A stretch of DNA of 55,309 nt, taken from NCBI RefSeq assembly GCF_001194135.2, contig NC_068985.1, forward strand, positions 44,133,166 through 44,188,474, read 5' to 3'. The translations under genes were made by a program, and so were the position numbers. The notes beneath the pieces are model-generated. The model made no database searches. It had not been told where the DNA came from and worked only from the letters and a program-made list of their open reading frames with translations. Positions 12,205 to 26,300 of the stretch are shown here, in pieces; the stretch's first letter is position 1, and each line of letters begins with the position of its first letter. The DNA is from Octopus bimaculoides (Eukaryota).

Positions 12205-12955
12205 ATTCTGGCCAGTTAAGCTATTGTCAGTCTACTGCATGGCACCTTGATCAAATGTCTTCTACTATTAGCCTCAGGCCAACCAACGCCTTGTGAGTGG
12301 ATTTCGTAGATAGAAACTGAAAGAAGCATGTCGTGTGCGTGCGTGCGTGTGTCTGTCTTCCATCACCGCTTAACAACCAGTGTTGGTGTGTTCACGTTTC
12401 TGTATCTTAGTGGTTCAGCCAAAAAAGAATGACAGGATAAGTACCAGGCTTAAAAATAAGTACTGGGGTTCATGCATCTGACTAAAATTCTTCAAGGCAG
12501 TGCCCCAGCATGGCCACTGTCTGAAAACTAAAACAAGTGAAAGATAAAAGAGGAAACCAAAATCGTAGCTGTGGCCAGTGCCCTCTGTCTGGTTCTTGTT
12601 TCAGTGACATGTAAAAAGTACCATCTGAACATGGCCGATGCCAGTAGCCCCTGACTGGCCCCCATGCCAGTGGCATGTAAAAAGCAATATCCAAACATGA
12701 TCAATGCCAAGCCTGCCTTACTAGCTCTTCTGCCGGTGGCATGTAAAAAGCACCCACTACACTCTTAGAGTGGTTGGCGTTAGGAAGGACACCCAGCTGT
12801 AGAAACATTGCCAGATCAGATTGGAACCTGGTGCAGCCACTGGCTTTTCAGACCTTAGTCAAACCGTCCAACCCATGCTAGTAGAGAAAACGGATGTTAA
12901 ACAATGATGATGATGACGATGATGATGACGATGATGATGATGATGATGATAAAGA
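12205..12955 (+). mobile_element. SINE A (12205-12550) followed by an RTE 3' UTR with a long (GAT)n tail (12570-12955)
   Basis: Family motifs read directly. Confidence 0.75.
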
Positions 12956-13769
12956 TGATATACATACATATATCCGTGTTATTTAGGACTGTTAGTCCCT
13001 TTCTAGGCCTGGGTGGACTAGCCACAAATCAAGTCATTATACTGACAGTAGTAAAATCATAGCAAAAGATTACATAACATGTAATACATGCAAGGAAGTT
13101 TTCAAATTTATTCAAAAGATATGGTGTTATTACACAATGAGCACATATACAGTCTTGCTTGTAAGGCATGTAAGAGCCTAGGAGGCTTCAAGAAGCATGA
13201 TTCTTAAAATAGTAAGTAATGGTCATTTTTGGATGTGAGTGGATTGTTGTCATATATACATGTGTGTGTGTCTGTATAAATATATGTATGTGTGTGTGAG
13301 AGAGGTATTAAATATATATGTGAGTATATGTAGTTGTGTATGTGTGTGTGTGAGTGTGTTTGTGTTTGTCAAAGTTTTAGCAGTAAAAGGAAGCAACAAA
13401 GGACTGATTTTGGAATCCCCTGTGTGCATGTGAGGGGTTCTGGTATGGTGGTGACTGTGTATATCTATCTGTATAATGCATTAATACTTGAAAATTCGGT
13501 CAAATGAACAGGCAGCTGCGATATGTCTTGGGAGAATTCTGAGGTGTGTGTAAACACGATATTATAATTTTATCTCTTATCAAATGACAGGAAGCAAGAC
13601 ATAAACAAAAAACACAGAGAATACATATTATATCATGTTATTCCTTTTTCCCCACATCACTCATAAAAATGATGAACACCTATTGCTCCCTCTTAATACT
13701 GACCATATATATATATATATATATATATCCGCTATCCCATTCACTCTTTTAGTTATGTTTGCTTTGCAC

Positions 13770-13992
13770 AAATGGAGATGGCAGGGACCCCATAAAAAGC
13801 ACTCCTGTTGGTGTTACATAAGAAACACCCGATACTCTCTGTAAAGTGGTTGACATTAGAAAGGGCATCCAGCCATAGAAATCAAGCCAAAACAGACTAT
13901 GGAATTTGGTGCGGCCCCTGGCCGTGCCAGTTCCTGTCAAGCTGTCCAACCCATGACAGCATAGAAAATGAACATTAAATGATGAGGATGAT
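13770..13992 (+). mobile_element. RTE 3' tail copy (older)
   Basis: TTAGAAAGGGCATCCAGCCATAGAAA...ATGATGAGGATGATG. Confidence 0.7.
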
Positions 13993-14267
13993 GAAATAGT
14001 ATAGAAGAGAGAAGACTCTTTATTTCTGCTGGAGACTTGACAATCCAGTTTAGTACCACTTCTGATCTTCCCAAGCTGGAAGCAAGTCAGAATTCAAAGA
14101 TATTTGTTAAGAGAGGTGTGCATACTTGATGATGTAAACCGAGTTGAAAACTGTCAGATGCGCTAGGATATCTTGTCTTTGTGCCATTTATATATCAATA
14201 TCTATCTATGTAACTGCTTAAATATATGTGTGGATATGACCATCTGCCTGTATCATATATATGATGT

Positions 14268-14306
<39 letters not shown>

Positions 14307-14491
14307 GTTATTTTTATGACAAAAATAAATATTTGAAAAAGTATCTCACAAAATATAACATTGGAAAATCACTGCAAAACTACAAGAGTGCATGTGTGTA
14401 TATATACATACACACATGTGTGTGTATGAATGTATACATACACACACATGTATGTATATGTATATGTACATACATTTATATATATATCACT

Positions 14492-14760
14492 CTTTCACTT
14501 GTTTCAGTCATTTGACTGTGGCCATGCTGGAGCACCGCCTTTAGTCGAGCAAATCGACCCCAGGACTTATTCTTTGTAAGCCTAGTACTTATTCTATCGG
14601 TCTTTTTTTGCCGAACTGCTAAGTGACAGGGACATAAACACACCAGCATCGGTTGTCAAGCAATGCTAGGGGGCCAAACACAGACACACAAACACACACA
14701 TCTATATATACATATACATATATACGACGGGCTTCTTTCAGTTTCCGTCTACCAAATCCA
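14492..14760 (-). mobile_element. SINE A (young), 5' part lost in the gap
   Basis: CATTTGACTGTGGCCATGCTGGAGCACCGCC...GACGGGCTTCTTTCAGTTTCCGTCTACC. Confidence 0.85.
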
Positions 14761-14963
14761 NNNNNNNNNNNNNNNNNNNNNNNNNNNNNNNNNNNNNNNN
14801 NNNNNNNNNNNNNNNNNNNNNNNNNNNNNNNNNNNNNNNNNNNNNNNNNNNNNNNNNNNNNNNNNNNNNNNNNNNNNNNNNNNNNNNNNNNNNNNNNNNN
14901 NNNNNNNNNNNNNNNNNNNNNNNNNNNNNNNNNNNNNNNNNNNNNNNNNNNNNNNNNNNNNNN

Positions 14964-15003
<40 letters not shown>

Positions 15004-15272
15004 CAAGCGGTATATTACTAGTTATGGCACATAACTTGTCAGAATGTTACTGTTGGTTTTGCACCAACTACTGCACTTGGGCAATATTGACAGATCTTCT
15101 AAAAGTCATCAATATTGCCTATGTGAAATAGTCAATGAGAAACTGACAGTAACATTCTAATCACCAATATGCCATAATTAGTAATATACTTCTTGCCAAT
15201 ATGCAAAAAAATATAACCTCTCTATCATTCATATTGAGTGTGCTTTTTTTAAAAAAAATTATGGACAACTGC

Positions 15273-15315
<43 letters not shown>

Positions 15316-15325
15316 NNNNNNNNNN

Positions 15326-15355
<30 letters not shown>

Positions 15356-15358
<3 letters not shown>

Positions 15359-15480
15359 CATCATTTAATGTCCATTTTCCATGCTGAGATGGGTTGGATA
15401 GTTTGGTTGGCCAGCTCTTGTCAAACCGTCCAACACATGCCAACATGGAAAATGGATATTAAATGATGATGATGATGATG
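15356..15480. mobile_element. Two ~50-bp RTE 3' tails in inverted orientation forming a hairpin
   Basis: Left arm CATCATCATTTAATGTCCATTTTCCATGCT..GGTTGGATAGTTTG versus the right arm reverse complement CATCATCATTTAATATCCATTTTCCATGTT..GTTGGACGGTTTG. Confidence 0.75.
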
Positions 15481-17586
15481 ATTTACATATGTACTTTGAA
15501 TAGAATTCTTGTTAGTTCTCTGCTCTGGGACCAAAAGTTTTCAGTTAAAAGAGATCAGCATTTTTCAACCAGGATTCAAAATATGAATGACACTCAACTA
15601 TTAAAGCTTTAATGTCATCAGAAAAGCTTCGATAGCATAAAAGTAACAATAAAATTATATTAAAAAGACTTGCTTATGCGCCTTCCCGGTGTTGAGCACT
15701 CCTTCTTCCAGTTTGTTACTAACACACACACAATATTTTACATTGACTTTCTAATGCTATGAGAAGTGAAATATACTTTTCTCAAATGTAGACAGTTCTA
15801 TGAATATACACTGAGAAAAGTTATTCTTCTGATTGATTGTTCTTTTAACTGACAATGATAAAACAATATCACTATATATTGTCTATCAAGACAAGAAGCA
15901 ATATTTCTATTTTACTTATAACTTCTGGTGTGTAGCTGATCTTTACAAGAAAACTATGTCCAATACAGTTCACATTCTTGCCAGTTCTTAAAGTGCAGAC
16001 AACACAAAGATGATTTGTGTAGGATTCTCAGAGCATGGTTTTTTACTCAAAGAATCTTATGAGACACCAGTGACAACTCCAGCACTTGACTAGTATGATA
16101 TTTCACTGACACCAGACAGATGAAAAAGAAAGTTCAGATTGGTGGTATTTGCACTCAGAACATAAAGGGCCAGAACTAAATACACAAGAATTCTGTCCAA
16201 ATCTCCGACAATTCTGTTGACCTACTCCCTTGTGTACCAAATATTTTTAGAAATGGTCAGCCTATAATTTTGTATATCAGCAACTAAATTGTGCTATGTA
16301 TCATTATTTAAGATAGGAGGGTGTGGTTTGAGGGACATCTAGTTGCTATTTCTAACAGGCTGAATGATCACAGAAAGGGTTCATTGTATGTGCTGTGCCA
16401 AGGAACTCACTCACATGGTTGTGTTACCATATATGTAGTGTTTCAGCACCTGAAGCACACACGTAAAACATAAGTACACACATACATACACCACTCTGAT
16501 AAATATAACACACACATACACAGGCATACACATGTACACATACACACTGCTCTGACAACTGCAACACACACACATGCACACAAATAAAACACCATTCTTT
16601 ACTTATGAGCTATACATATAAACCCCAAAACACACCTAAAACTACTGAACCATAACAGAACCAGCTCACCAAACAAGCCTTTCTTGACTCCACAACAACT
16701 ATTTGAAATCAGAACAATCGTGAACTACCTATTGTTCATGTGACTGCCATCAACCACTTACACTATTTTTAAAGAGAAAACAATTCTAAGCCACCTTTTT
16801 TTAAAAACAGAATCATCTTTTGATCACGTGACTGCCATCAATCAACCACATTGTTTTTTAAAAAGAAGGCAATTTTGAGCCACCGTCTCTGTATAAAATA
16901 GTAGTAACTGTCAAATTTCATCCAGATGTGAGACTCTACAGCAGACCCAAGAACTATAAATGGTCTGTTATTACTCCTCACCTTTTACAATTTAAGATGC
17001 AAACAATTACGATTTCTGACCACAGTTAGACTAAACACTTTAGCACCCACTGAATGACAAACCAGACATGTTTTATCTTCTTGTCAAAGACTCTATTACT
17101 TGACNNNNNNNNNNNNNNNNNNNNNNNNNNNNNNNNNNNNNNNNNNNNNNNNNNNNNNNNNNNNNNNNNNNNNNNNNNNNNNNNNNNNNNNNNNNNNNNN
17201 NNNNNNNNNNNNNNNNNNNNNNNNNNNNNNNNNNNNNNNNNNNNNNNNNNNNNNNNNNNNNNNNNNNNNNNNNNNNNNNNNNNNNNNNNNNNNNNNNNNN
17301 NNNNNNNNNNNNNNNNNNNNNNNNNNNNNNNNNNNNNNNNNNNNNNNNNNNNNNNNNNNNNNNNNNNNNNNNNNNNNNNNNNNNNNNNNNNNNNNNNNNN
17401 NNNNNNNNNNNNNNNNNNNNNNNNNNNNNNNNNNNNNNNNNNNNNNNNNNNNNNNNNNNNNNNNNNNNNNNNNNNNNNNNNNNNNNNNNNNNNNNNNNNN
17501 NNNNNNNNNNNNNNNNNNNNNNNNNNNNNNNNNNNNNNNNNNNNNNNNNNNNNNNNNNNNNNNNNNNNNNNNNNNNNNNNNNNNNN

Positions 17587-17619
<33 letters not shown>

Positions 17620-18104
17620 GTATGTATACATGTATGTGCAAGTGTATGTATGTTTGTGCCTCCTTGTCTTGACATCGCATAATGTTGTAAGAGAATGTCA
17701 TTCGTTTGCCATGTTCTGTGAAAACATGTCTGGCTATGAGGAAATATTACCTTGCTTGGAAAGAGGTAAGGGTTGGCAGTGGAAAGGACATTCAGTCATA
17801 AAAAATCTGCTTCAGTAAAAACTCTGTCTGATCCATGCAAGCATGGAAAAGTGGACATTAAAATAAAGACGACAATAGTGGTTAGGCTGTTGCACTCATG
17901 ATTGTTAGATCAAGGGTTCGATTCCCAGGCTAGGCAGTGCATTGTGTTCTTGCGGAAAACACTTCATTTCACATTGCTCTAATCTCTCTTTGATCAAGGG
18001 GGAATGTTGGTATCCTCACCTAACCAGTGAGGTGGTGTCATTCAAAGGTTAAAACAATGCAATGCACATTGTGACCACCAATCACTTGATACATATTAAG
18101 ACCC

Positions 18105-18249
18105 CATTCTCTGAGTGGTTGGCGTTAGGAAGGGCATCCAGCTGTAAAAACTCTGCCAAATCAGATTGGAGCCTGGTGTAGCCATCTGGTTTCACCAGTC
18201 CTCAGTCAAATTGTCCAACCCATGCTAGCATGGAAAGCAGACGTTAAAC

Positions 18250-18278
<29 letters not shown>
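18105..18278 (+). mobile_element. Young RTE 3' tail
   Basis: Near-identical to 9330-9486. Confidence 0.85.
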
Positions 18279-18280
<2 letters not shown>

Positions 18281-18281
18281 C

Positions 18282-18557
18282 GGTCATGAATGACCATGGG
18301 ATTGCACCAAGAAAGTTCCCCTTCAACGAACAAGTCTGGGCAAGGTTGTTTGTGGAAGACCAGCAGTCACCCATGTATACCAGCCTCCCCTCTCTGCAAA
18401 CCAATGTTATCCAAGGGAAAGGCAAAGGCCGATACAGCTTGGCACCAGGGACTTTGCAACTCATTTCTACAGTTGAGTGAACTGGAGCAATGTGAAATAA
18501 AGCGTCTTGCTCAAGAACACTACTATTTGGTCCAGGAATCGAACTCACTACCTCATG

Positions 18558-18558
<1 letters not shown>
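18282..18558 (-). mobile_element. tRNA-headed SINE with CORE/Meta-like central domain, tail type 1
   Basis: Homologous to 29108-29440; core TTCTTGAGCAAGAC..TTTATTTCACATTGCTCCAGTTCACTCA. Confidence 0.75.
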
Positions 18559-18598
<40 letters not shown>

Positions 18599-19571
18599 TA
18601 AATACATACATACATACATATACACTCACAAGTGTAAATCTAATTAGGCATACACATTCAAGCTACTTACCTAATGTAATATATATTAACAAAACAAATA
18701 TGTTTGGATATAGAATTTAACCACTTTGGATCTCCAGATTGTACTAGGGTTTTTAATCTATGATAAATGGAATCTCCATTTCGATGATAATGTTGTTATT
18801 GCTCTGATAATGCATATCTTAATATTTCTAATGGAAAAAGCAAAGGTTTTTTAAAAATTTATTTATAATTTTTTTCTGTCAGAAAATTGGTGTTAATAAG
18901 ACCTCAGATTGGAAAAGCTTCATTTTCTAATTGCACATGCATAAATTGTGTGTGTGTTGGGGGGAGGGGGGTGTATACATACATACAAACACACACACAC
19001 ATATATATGTATATAATTTAATATAACACACATTTACATGATACCACACCCATTATATGCAAACTTGGCTTTAGTGATGTCAGGTAGGAAGGGTAGGACG
19101 ATAACAAATGAAATCCAGACAGACTCTAATTGATGGAATATAGACAAATGAAAAAAGGATGATGATGATGATGATGATGGTGATGGAAAGAGGAAGAGAC
19201 GTTTGTGCTTGTTATGTAGAAAGGAAGATTTTACGAAAGAGTTCGTAATTGAGTAAATACTTTGGTAAATAATTGGGTAAAATAGTTTGTAATGTTACTC
19301 TCTCAGGAGATGAAATTTACTTGGGTCCATTAACTGCGAAACAAACAAAGTATTTGTGATAAAATGTATATAGATATATGCACACATACACATGCATATA
19401 TACGGAGAAAGAGAAAGAGAGAGGGCGGAGAGAGAAAGAGAGAGGAAGAGAGAAAGAAAGGACAAAGTTATTCAAGAAAGGAGGGGGTGGGCACAATAAT
19501 GTATTGCCGTATAATCTTTGTGAATCACTGGAGCCTAAATACATGAATCATATATCAGTATGTCTATCTAT

Positions 19572-19623
<52 letters not shown>

Positions 19624-19681
19624 AGTATATATATTATACATGTCATATATTTTTATGTATATGTGTACATACATATTTCTA

Positions 19682-19723
<42 letters not shown>

Positions 19724-20049
19724 TGTCTACATATATGTATGTATGTTATCTATGTATATAGATATATGCACTATGTGCATATGTGTGTTTGTGTATGTTG
19801 CATATTAAACAAGCTAAATGGGAAATGGGGGGTAGTTTATATGGTATTAAATGGTTAAATGATTATCTTGGGATATCTAGAGCCTATAGACAAGTGGGAA
19901 TGGGAGGTGGTTTAGTGGCTATTGGCTTACTTAGGGTTCAATTCCAACAGCCAGTTAGATTTAATGATTTAACATATGGAAAGAGGAGATTAATGATGTT
20001 GATTCATTTGCATGGCATGAAAAGGGAGGTTATATATTGTTGCACAATC

Positions 20050-20500
20050 TGTTAGAAAAAACAGCCAAATTTCCCTCAAATCACACCTTCCCATGTTATA
20101 AAAGAACACATTGGATAATGTGGTCCTGGGTTACATAGGAAAACAAATGGGATGGTCATAGCTGGAATGTCTCTGATCATAGGTCTGCTCCACCAGGAAT
20201 GACCTGGGGCTAAATAAGAACAATAACAACAACGATTATAATTGCTTTGCATGGGATGAGGCAAGAAGGAAGTGGAGGCTCTATGTGTTTGCTCAATCTG
20301 CTAGAAATAGCAGTCAAAAATCTTCATTATCACATCCTACATTTGTAAAAAATACAGCAAAAAAACAAAGCTAAGATCACATAGGATAATGTAACCCTAG
20401 ACAAGACAATGTGTAAGAGACAGGATGGTTATGGCTGGACCACAAATGGTCACAGTTCTGCACGGTCAAGGGCTGACCAGGAGTCAAACAAATCATTGCA
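20050..20500 (+). repeat. Two tandem copies of an old abundant interspersed repeat (TGCTAGAAATAGCAG..CAAAT..CCCTCAAATCACACC...GGATGGTCA..GCTGG...GCTGACCTGGGG); >10 further fragments across the window
   Basis: The motif recurs near 7930, 8460, 16310, 20940, 21330, 25200, 33560, 38920, 45970, 50430, 52330 and 54520. Confidence 0.6.
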
Positions 20501-21046
20501 TGTATTGTAATCATTTATCTGAAACAATGGCATATACTACTACTGCTGCTGCTGCTGCTACTACTACTACTACTACAAATAATTTATAGGAATGTCTGTG
20601 AGGCTGGTTTCAATGAAACAATGACAATATAACAAATAATAAACAAAAATACAAAAAAATACCCCTACCACCATCCTATAATGTATTTTCTCTCAATTTG
20701 TGTCATGGTCGCAGTAATAATGGTTAATTAAATGCTTGTATTTATGATGTTAATTGCCAGAGTGATTAGAGAATATTTATTACAAAGGCTACCAGTCTAA
20801 CAAGAGGGGTCAACAACAGCTGTAGCTGACAGTTACTAGGGGACAGACAGACATACTATAAATCATTGAAAATGGGAAGTGCCAGAACTATCAATTGTAG
20901 GCAAGTTGTTTATCTGAGCACTTGAGGAAACTCACTTGACTTAGCAGAAATAGCAGTCAAATTTCTTTCGAACTGCTCATTCACTGTCTTCCAAAGACAA
21001 AAGGACATGATAGATAATGTAGATTGGGATATACTGTCTTCTTTGA

Positions 21047-21310
21047 TTTACTTTTACTTGTTTCAGTCATTTGACTGTGCCGTGGCAATGCTGGGGCATC
21101 ACCTTGAAGATTTTTTTTTATAGCCAAAGGAATCAACTCCAGTACTTATTTTTAAAGCCCTGGTACTTAATCTATCAATCTCTTTTGCCGAACCACTAAG
21201 TGACAAGGACATAAACACAACAACACTAGTTGTCAAGCAGTGACGTGGGACAAACACACACACACATACAATGGGCTTCTTTCAGTTTCTTTCTACCAAA
21301 TCCACTATAC
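21047..21310 (-). mobile_element. SINE A 3' two-thirds
   Basis: Family motifs on the reverse strand. Confidence 0.75.
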
Positions 21311-22099
21311 CCTAGAAAGAAAAAGTAAAAGATGGTTACGCTTGGAATATCTTTAATCATAGGTTTGCTCAATTGAGGCTGACCTGGGGTTAAACAACAA
21401 CATCACTACTATCACCACCAACAGCAACAACAAAACAAACCTCTTAGTTGTAAAAATAATTACACACCCACTTTATTAGTTGACCCGACTCATTGATATG
21501 GTAAATTAACAAACATGTATGCAGGTATTTATATACACACACACAAAAACATTCCTTCACACACATGCACACACACACACAGCTATTGATATAAACCCAC
21601 ACATGCTTCAGACAAATATAAGCACATATAGAGGCATGTATCTATGTTTGTCTTTGAGATTTATTGAAGATTGTCTTTGTGTAATACAAGCTGGTCAGTA
21701 AGAGTACCAAGTCTTATTGTTTGAGTGAAGACAGTCTCAGGCATTTGTGAATATAACCTGAATGCGTTAGTGAGAGCATATATGTATAGAGCTACCTTAG
21801 TAGCATTGTAGACCCCCCGAGTTAATCATTGCACTGAACCCTATAGTATTTATTTATTGACAGCAGTCCACCACATTCATAGGTCAGAATTGAGCCTCTA
21901 GACCCGTAGGGTCCCTGGACAACTGTCTGGTGAACCTGTGCCTTTAAAATGGCCCTGTATATGTAGATGTATGTGTGGATATATTTGCACTTATGAAATG
22001 AGCATCTCCTTGGTACATGCACTCAAGAGCTTACACTTTATGTACATGTGTGTGTGTGTGTGTGTATGGACATCATATGCACACATGATTGAATGTATG

Positions 22100-23303
22100 T
22101 TTCTTCTCGGAAGCTCAAATGAAGAATTTTTGGTTATGTTTTACAGTTCTCATAGTATCACTAATTGATTGGTTCTGGGGGATGAGTCAATTTACTTTGT
22201 CGCCTTTTTAAATATTTGTAAACCTCCACCAATCCAAGACCTTTACTCAAACCTGTTGTTACATAGCTCAGTGCATCTATGATATTTGTACAAATGAAAA
22301 TGCATTTTCTGGATACAAGAATGATGAGTTCCACATTAGTTCACAATACATTTCCTCTACTTCTTTGGGCAAAACATTCACAACCACTGGGCAGCTGACC
22401 TCAACCACACAGAACAATATCAGGGCCATTGTATTTGCATCAACCAGTCTGCTGTTTGACTGGAATGTTCTACTGGTATTCCTTAGTTTTTAAGGTGTAA
22501 ATACATTCTGGTTTGTGAGTGACTTTGGGGTTACAAGTAGAACAATTTATGGATAACATTGCAAATAGTTATGGTAACAATGTCTTGTTTTATAGGAAGA
22601 TAGTACCTTGTGGATATTTTTGGATAGCTGCTGATGATATGGGTGATATCTTTCACACTGGAATGCAATCAACATTTTCTATCACAATATGGAAATCTAG
22701 AGGTATTGTTATCACATTTGTTGATCTCCTACCCTTGAATAGCAAAGATGTATCATTCTACATAGGATATAATAAATCTAATACAGGTCTAGGAGGGGTT
22801 TCTATTTTTGTTAATGTTGTTTGTATTCTGTAGCTTGTTGGATATGTACCCATGCATAATTTTTTGCTGGTAATATGAGTGTTTCTTCTCCAAGTACCTG
22901 CCATCCTTGATTTATATGGAATAGATGTACACATTGAGTACTAATGACGGGGGGGGGGGGTTATTTACCTACTTTTAAGATATTTTCACTGTTGAGTAAT
23001 AGTATGATGTGCACATCTCTTCTGCTATCCAGTAAGTTTTGTCTAAGAGATATGATATGATTCTCAAAGGCCATCTGGACTGATCTTATGCCTCTATCCT
23101 AGTGTTACTACTGCAGAGTACGTTACCAGTAATTCTTAGTATCTTTCTTGCATGATGCCCAAGTTGCGGATCTCTTCAAATGTCAAGTCCAAAATGTTGC
23201 ACTGGCAGTGCTTTGATCTCTATAACTTCTAAAATCTGCTTAAATATTCATTAGTCACTCTAGCTTTACTCACAGATCCAACATTTCCAGCATTCTCAAT
23301 TTG
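22100..23303 (-). mobile_element. Decayed RLE-type non-LTR retrotransposon (R4/Dong/NeSL-like): RT thumb, CCHC finger and restriction-like endonuclease
   Basis: Ordered motifs across stops and frameshifts: HHARKILRITGN; DRGIRSVQMAFENHIISLRQNLLDSRR; MHGYISNKL; YIFAIQG*EI; CDRKC*LHSSVKDITHIISSYPKISTRYYLPIKQDIV; CKYNGPDIV; VEVSCP. Confidence 0.8.
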
Positions 23304-26300
23304 TTTTGAGTTCAAATCCTGCTGAGGTCAACTTTGCCTTTTATCTTTCAAGAGTCAATAAAGCTGACTACCAGAGGATTGATGGAATTGTTAGTGCCAG
23401 ACAATGTCCTGTGGTGTATATTCCAGATCTATGTTCTGAGTTCTTGGGGTAGTCAACAATCTGTCACACTGTTTAATATTGCTACTACCTGGTCCACTCT
23501 GTTACAAGCATTTTAACCAGGTTTTTGATTTGAAGATAACTTTCTTTAATCTTCCCCACCAGTCTTAGAGATCCTGAAAAAATAAAGGTGCAGAGTGCCC
23601 CACCCTATTTTCCCAGGAGTAAGAAGAAAAAATAACAGCCAAAACATATTGAAGGAAGAACTAACAATCTTTCTAGGAACAAATTCATTTTTATTTTTAT
23701 TGCTTCCATAATTTAGAAACTGCTACTACAAATATTCATTGCCAAGTACATCCATTTACATTTTGCAATAATTCAGAGCTACTATTCACTTCTTACATCA
23801 TATGTATTTAGCTTTAATAAATACCCTAAAAATTGATAAACATTTTTTTGAGATGTGTTTTGCAGTATTCAGGTCAACTTTGCCTTTTATTGTTCCAGGT
23901 TTGGTAAAATAAGTACCAAACAAATACTGAGGTCGATATAATCAATCGGGTCTCCAGTGTGTATGTTATAAATCAACATTTACAAAACAATCAATGATGA
24001 TCAAACAAGGCACCTGTTCTACAATATGTCGTCACATAATTACACAATAAACAGTGGATAAACAATAGCATAGTAGTAGTAATAGTAGTAGTAGTAGTGT
24101 TAATGTAATTACTTTCGGTAATAATAAAGATGTTAGTGTGTCAGACAACTAGAGTGAAAGCCACCTCTTAGAATTTTAAGAGAGGAAGGAGAGCGTGTGT
24201 GTTGCGGGTAGGGTGTGTGTGTGTGCAAGTGTGATGGGGGGAGAGTTGGATGACATAACTGAGAAAAATCACCACCACCACCACCACCACCACATCCATC
24301 ATGATTGTCATTGACTACAACAATAATTACAACAGCAATCACAAATACTACAACAGTAACATCTGTGTGTCATATTGAGTCAATGACTCAAAGTATTACC
24401 ATTGCAGATTTCTATTTTGACACATGGTTTTGTATCTTAAAATTAAGACAACAACAACCCCATCAACAACAACAGATAAAAATATGAGCTACACCTCTAC
24501 CATGAACCTAGAATCTTCTCAGTTGGAAATAAATTAGTTCATTAGAAAAAATTTTTTTAAATTAAAAAGAGAGATAATAAACTATAAAAAGGCCAAAATA
24601 ATCTATGTCAAATTGACCTAACTTCTATGGAAATATATAAAATTCTGATTGGTGGATAATTAAGTAAGGAGTAGGCTATAATTAGCAGTGACACTCATCA
24701 ATAAATTAAATTCTTTTAGAAGAGGAAATCAGAATTATTATAAAGAAAAACAAACAAAAGACTGTAAATAAAGAATACCAACTAAAAGAGTTCTTGTGTT
24801 TTAGAGTTGCTGGCTTTAACCATATGGAATTAAATACAAATATGCAGAGATGCAACTATATGTGTTTATTTAGTCGCACTGAAAAGCCACAAGAGACTTT
24901 TTGAAATCTTAAAATGAGGAGTGAACTGATCAGTTTCATCGTTACTTATCTCATCAGAACTCACTTCACTTTCAAATGATGCTGAAATAAAGCAACAAAA
25001 GATTACTTAGAATGTAAACAAAATTTTGTCTAGATGCAACTTGTTTTCTGTAGATGATGTATTATTCATTTCTTTCTCCCTCCACTCTCTTCCTTCCATA
25101 TATCATGAGAGAACACAACTGACCTTCACACTGATCCTGCTAACCAGCCATATGGCCATCTCATGAACACCAAATGAAGAGCCACAGTGAATGATCTGCA
25201 AGAAATAGCATCCAAATATTCCTCATGTCACACACCCTGCCATTTTCAAATAAGAAGGACACTCTAGATATCATAATCCTAGAAAGGCATACAACTCACA
25301 AACAACAACAACAACAACCTCTTCATGACAATTTGGGTGTATTTGTCAAATTTGTTTCATTTATTGTTTTAATGGTTTATTCAAAGAAGGAAGTGCGGCA
25401 TCTATGATATTTCCCCCCCTCCCAGGATTTCTGAAAGTAGTGAGAAGAAAACTAACCAGAAATCTAGCTAGAATCTTTGCAATATTAATGGACCTCATTA
25501 AAAGCAACCATATAATGGAGTAAGTCTATTACCTAAGAATGGGAACAGGACTTCTGCACAGTTTTTGGATTCATGATCGTAAGGTCATAATCTCAATTCC
25601 TAGACTGGGCAACACATTGTGTTTTTGCACAAAACACTTCATTTTATATTGCTTCAGTCCACTCAGTGAAAAGTGAGTTCCAACAACAGCTGGGTTTTAA
25701 CCCTGCAACAAACTGACATCCTATTCAAAAGGAAAGTATTGTACTATTGGTCACTTATAACACCAGAGAAACTATAATAAACTCTGGCCTATTAGATCTG
25801 TAGTATTGTGACAGACATGAAGCAATATGTCTAAAAAAGCTTTGGCCAACCCAAGGTTATGATAGAAGACACTTTCCCAGGGTACCATATAGAAGGACTA
25901 AATCTGTACTCATGTAGATGTAAAGTGAGCTTCTAAACCACTCACAGAGGAAATATAAGTAAAGATATCAAACACTGAATGATATCATTCTATGCATGAC
26001 TATAATCAAAAATGTTTATGAAAGGGTGGGAGGAAGTTTTCTTGACTTCAGGGTATGGAAAATGTGACTGTGTAGTGTCCTTAATTTTAACAAGGGCCTT
26101 GGAGACAAGTGAAGTAAAAACACTTACAGCTAAAATTTGAAACCTAATCATTGACTTGACTCACTGGAAGCTAACTTCTGTTTATTCATGAGAGTTTGCT
26201 GGCATAGACAAGTTGGAAGTAAAATAACTGATGATAATGTTGACAATGATGATAATGATGGTGATGTGGTGTCATTAATTGCTTAAATTCAATACTTCAT

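Noticed and set aside
24915-24968. Minus-strand CTGATGA...GAAACTGATCAGTT hammerhead-like core with a palindromic stem III
   Set aside because: Stem II does not pair and stem I needs a bulge next to the core; probably chance.
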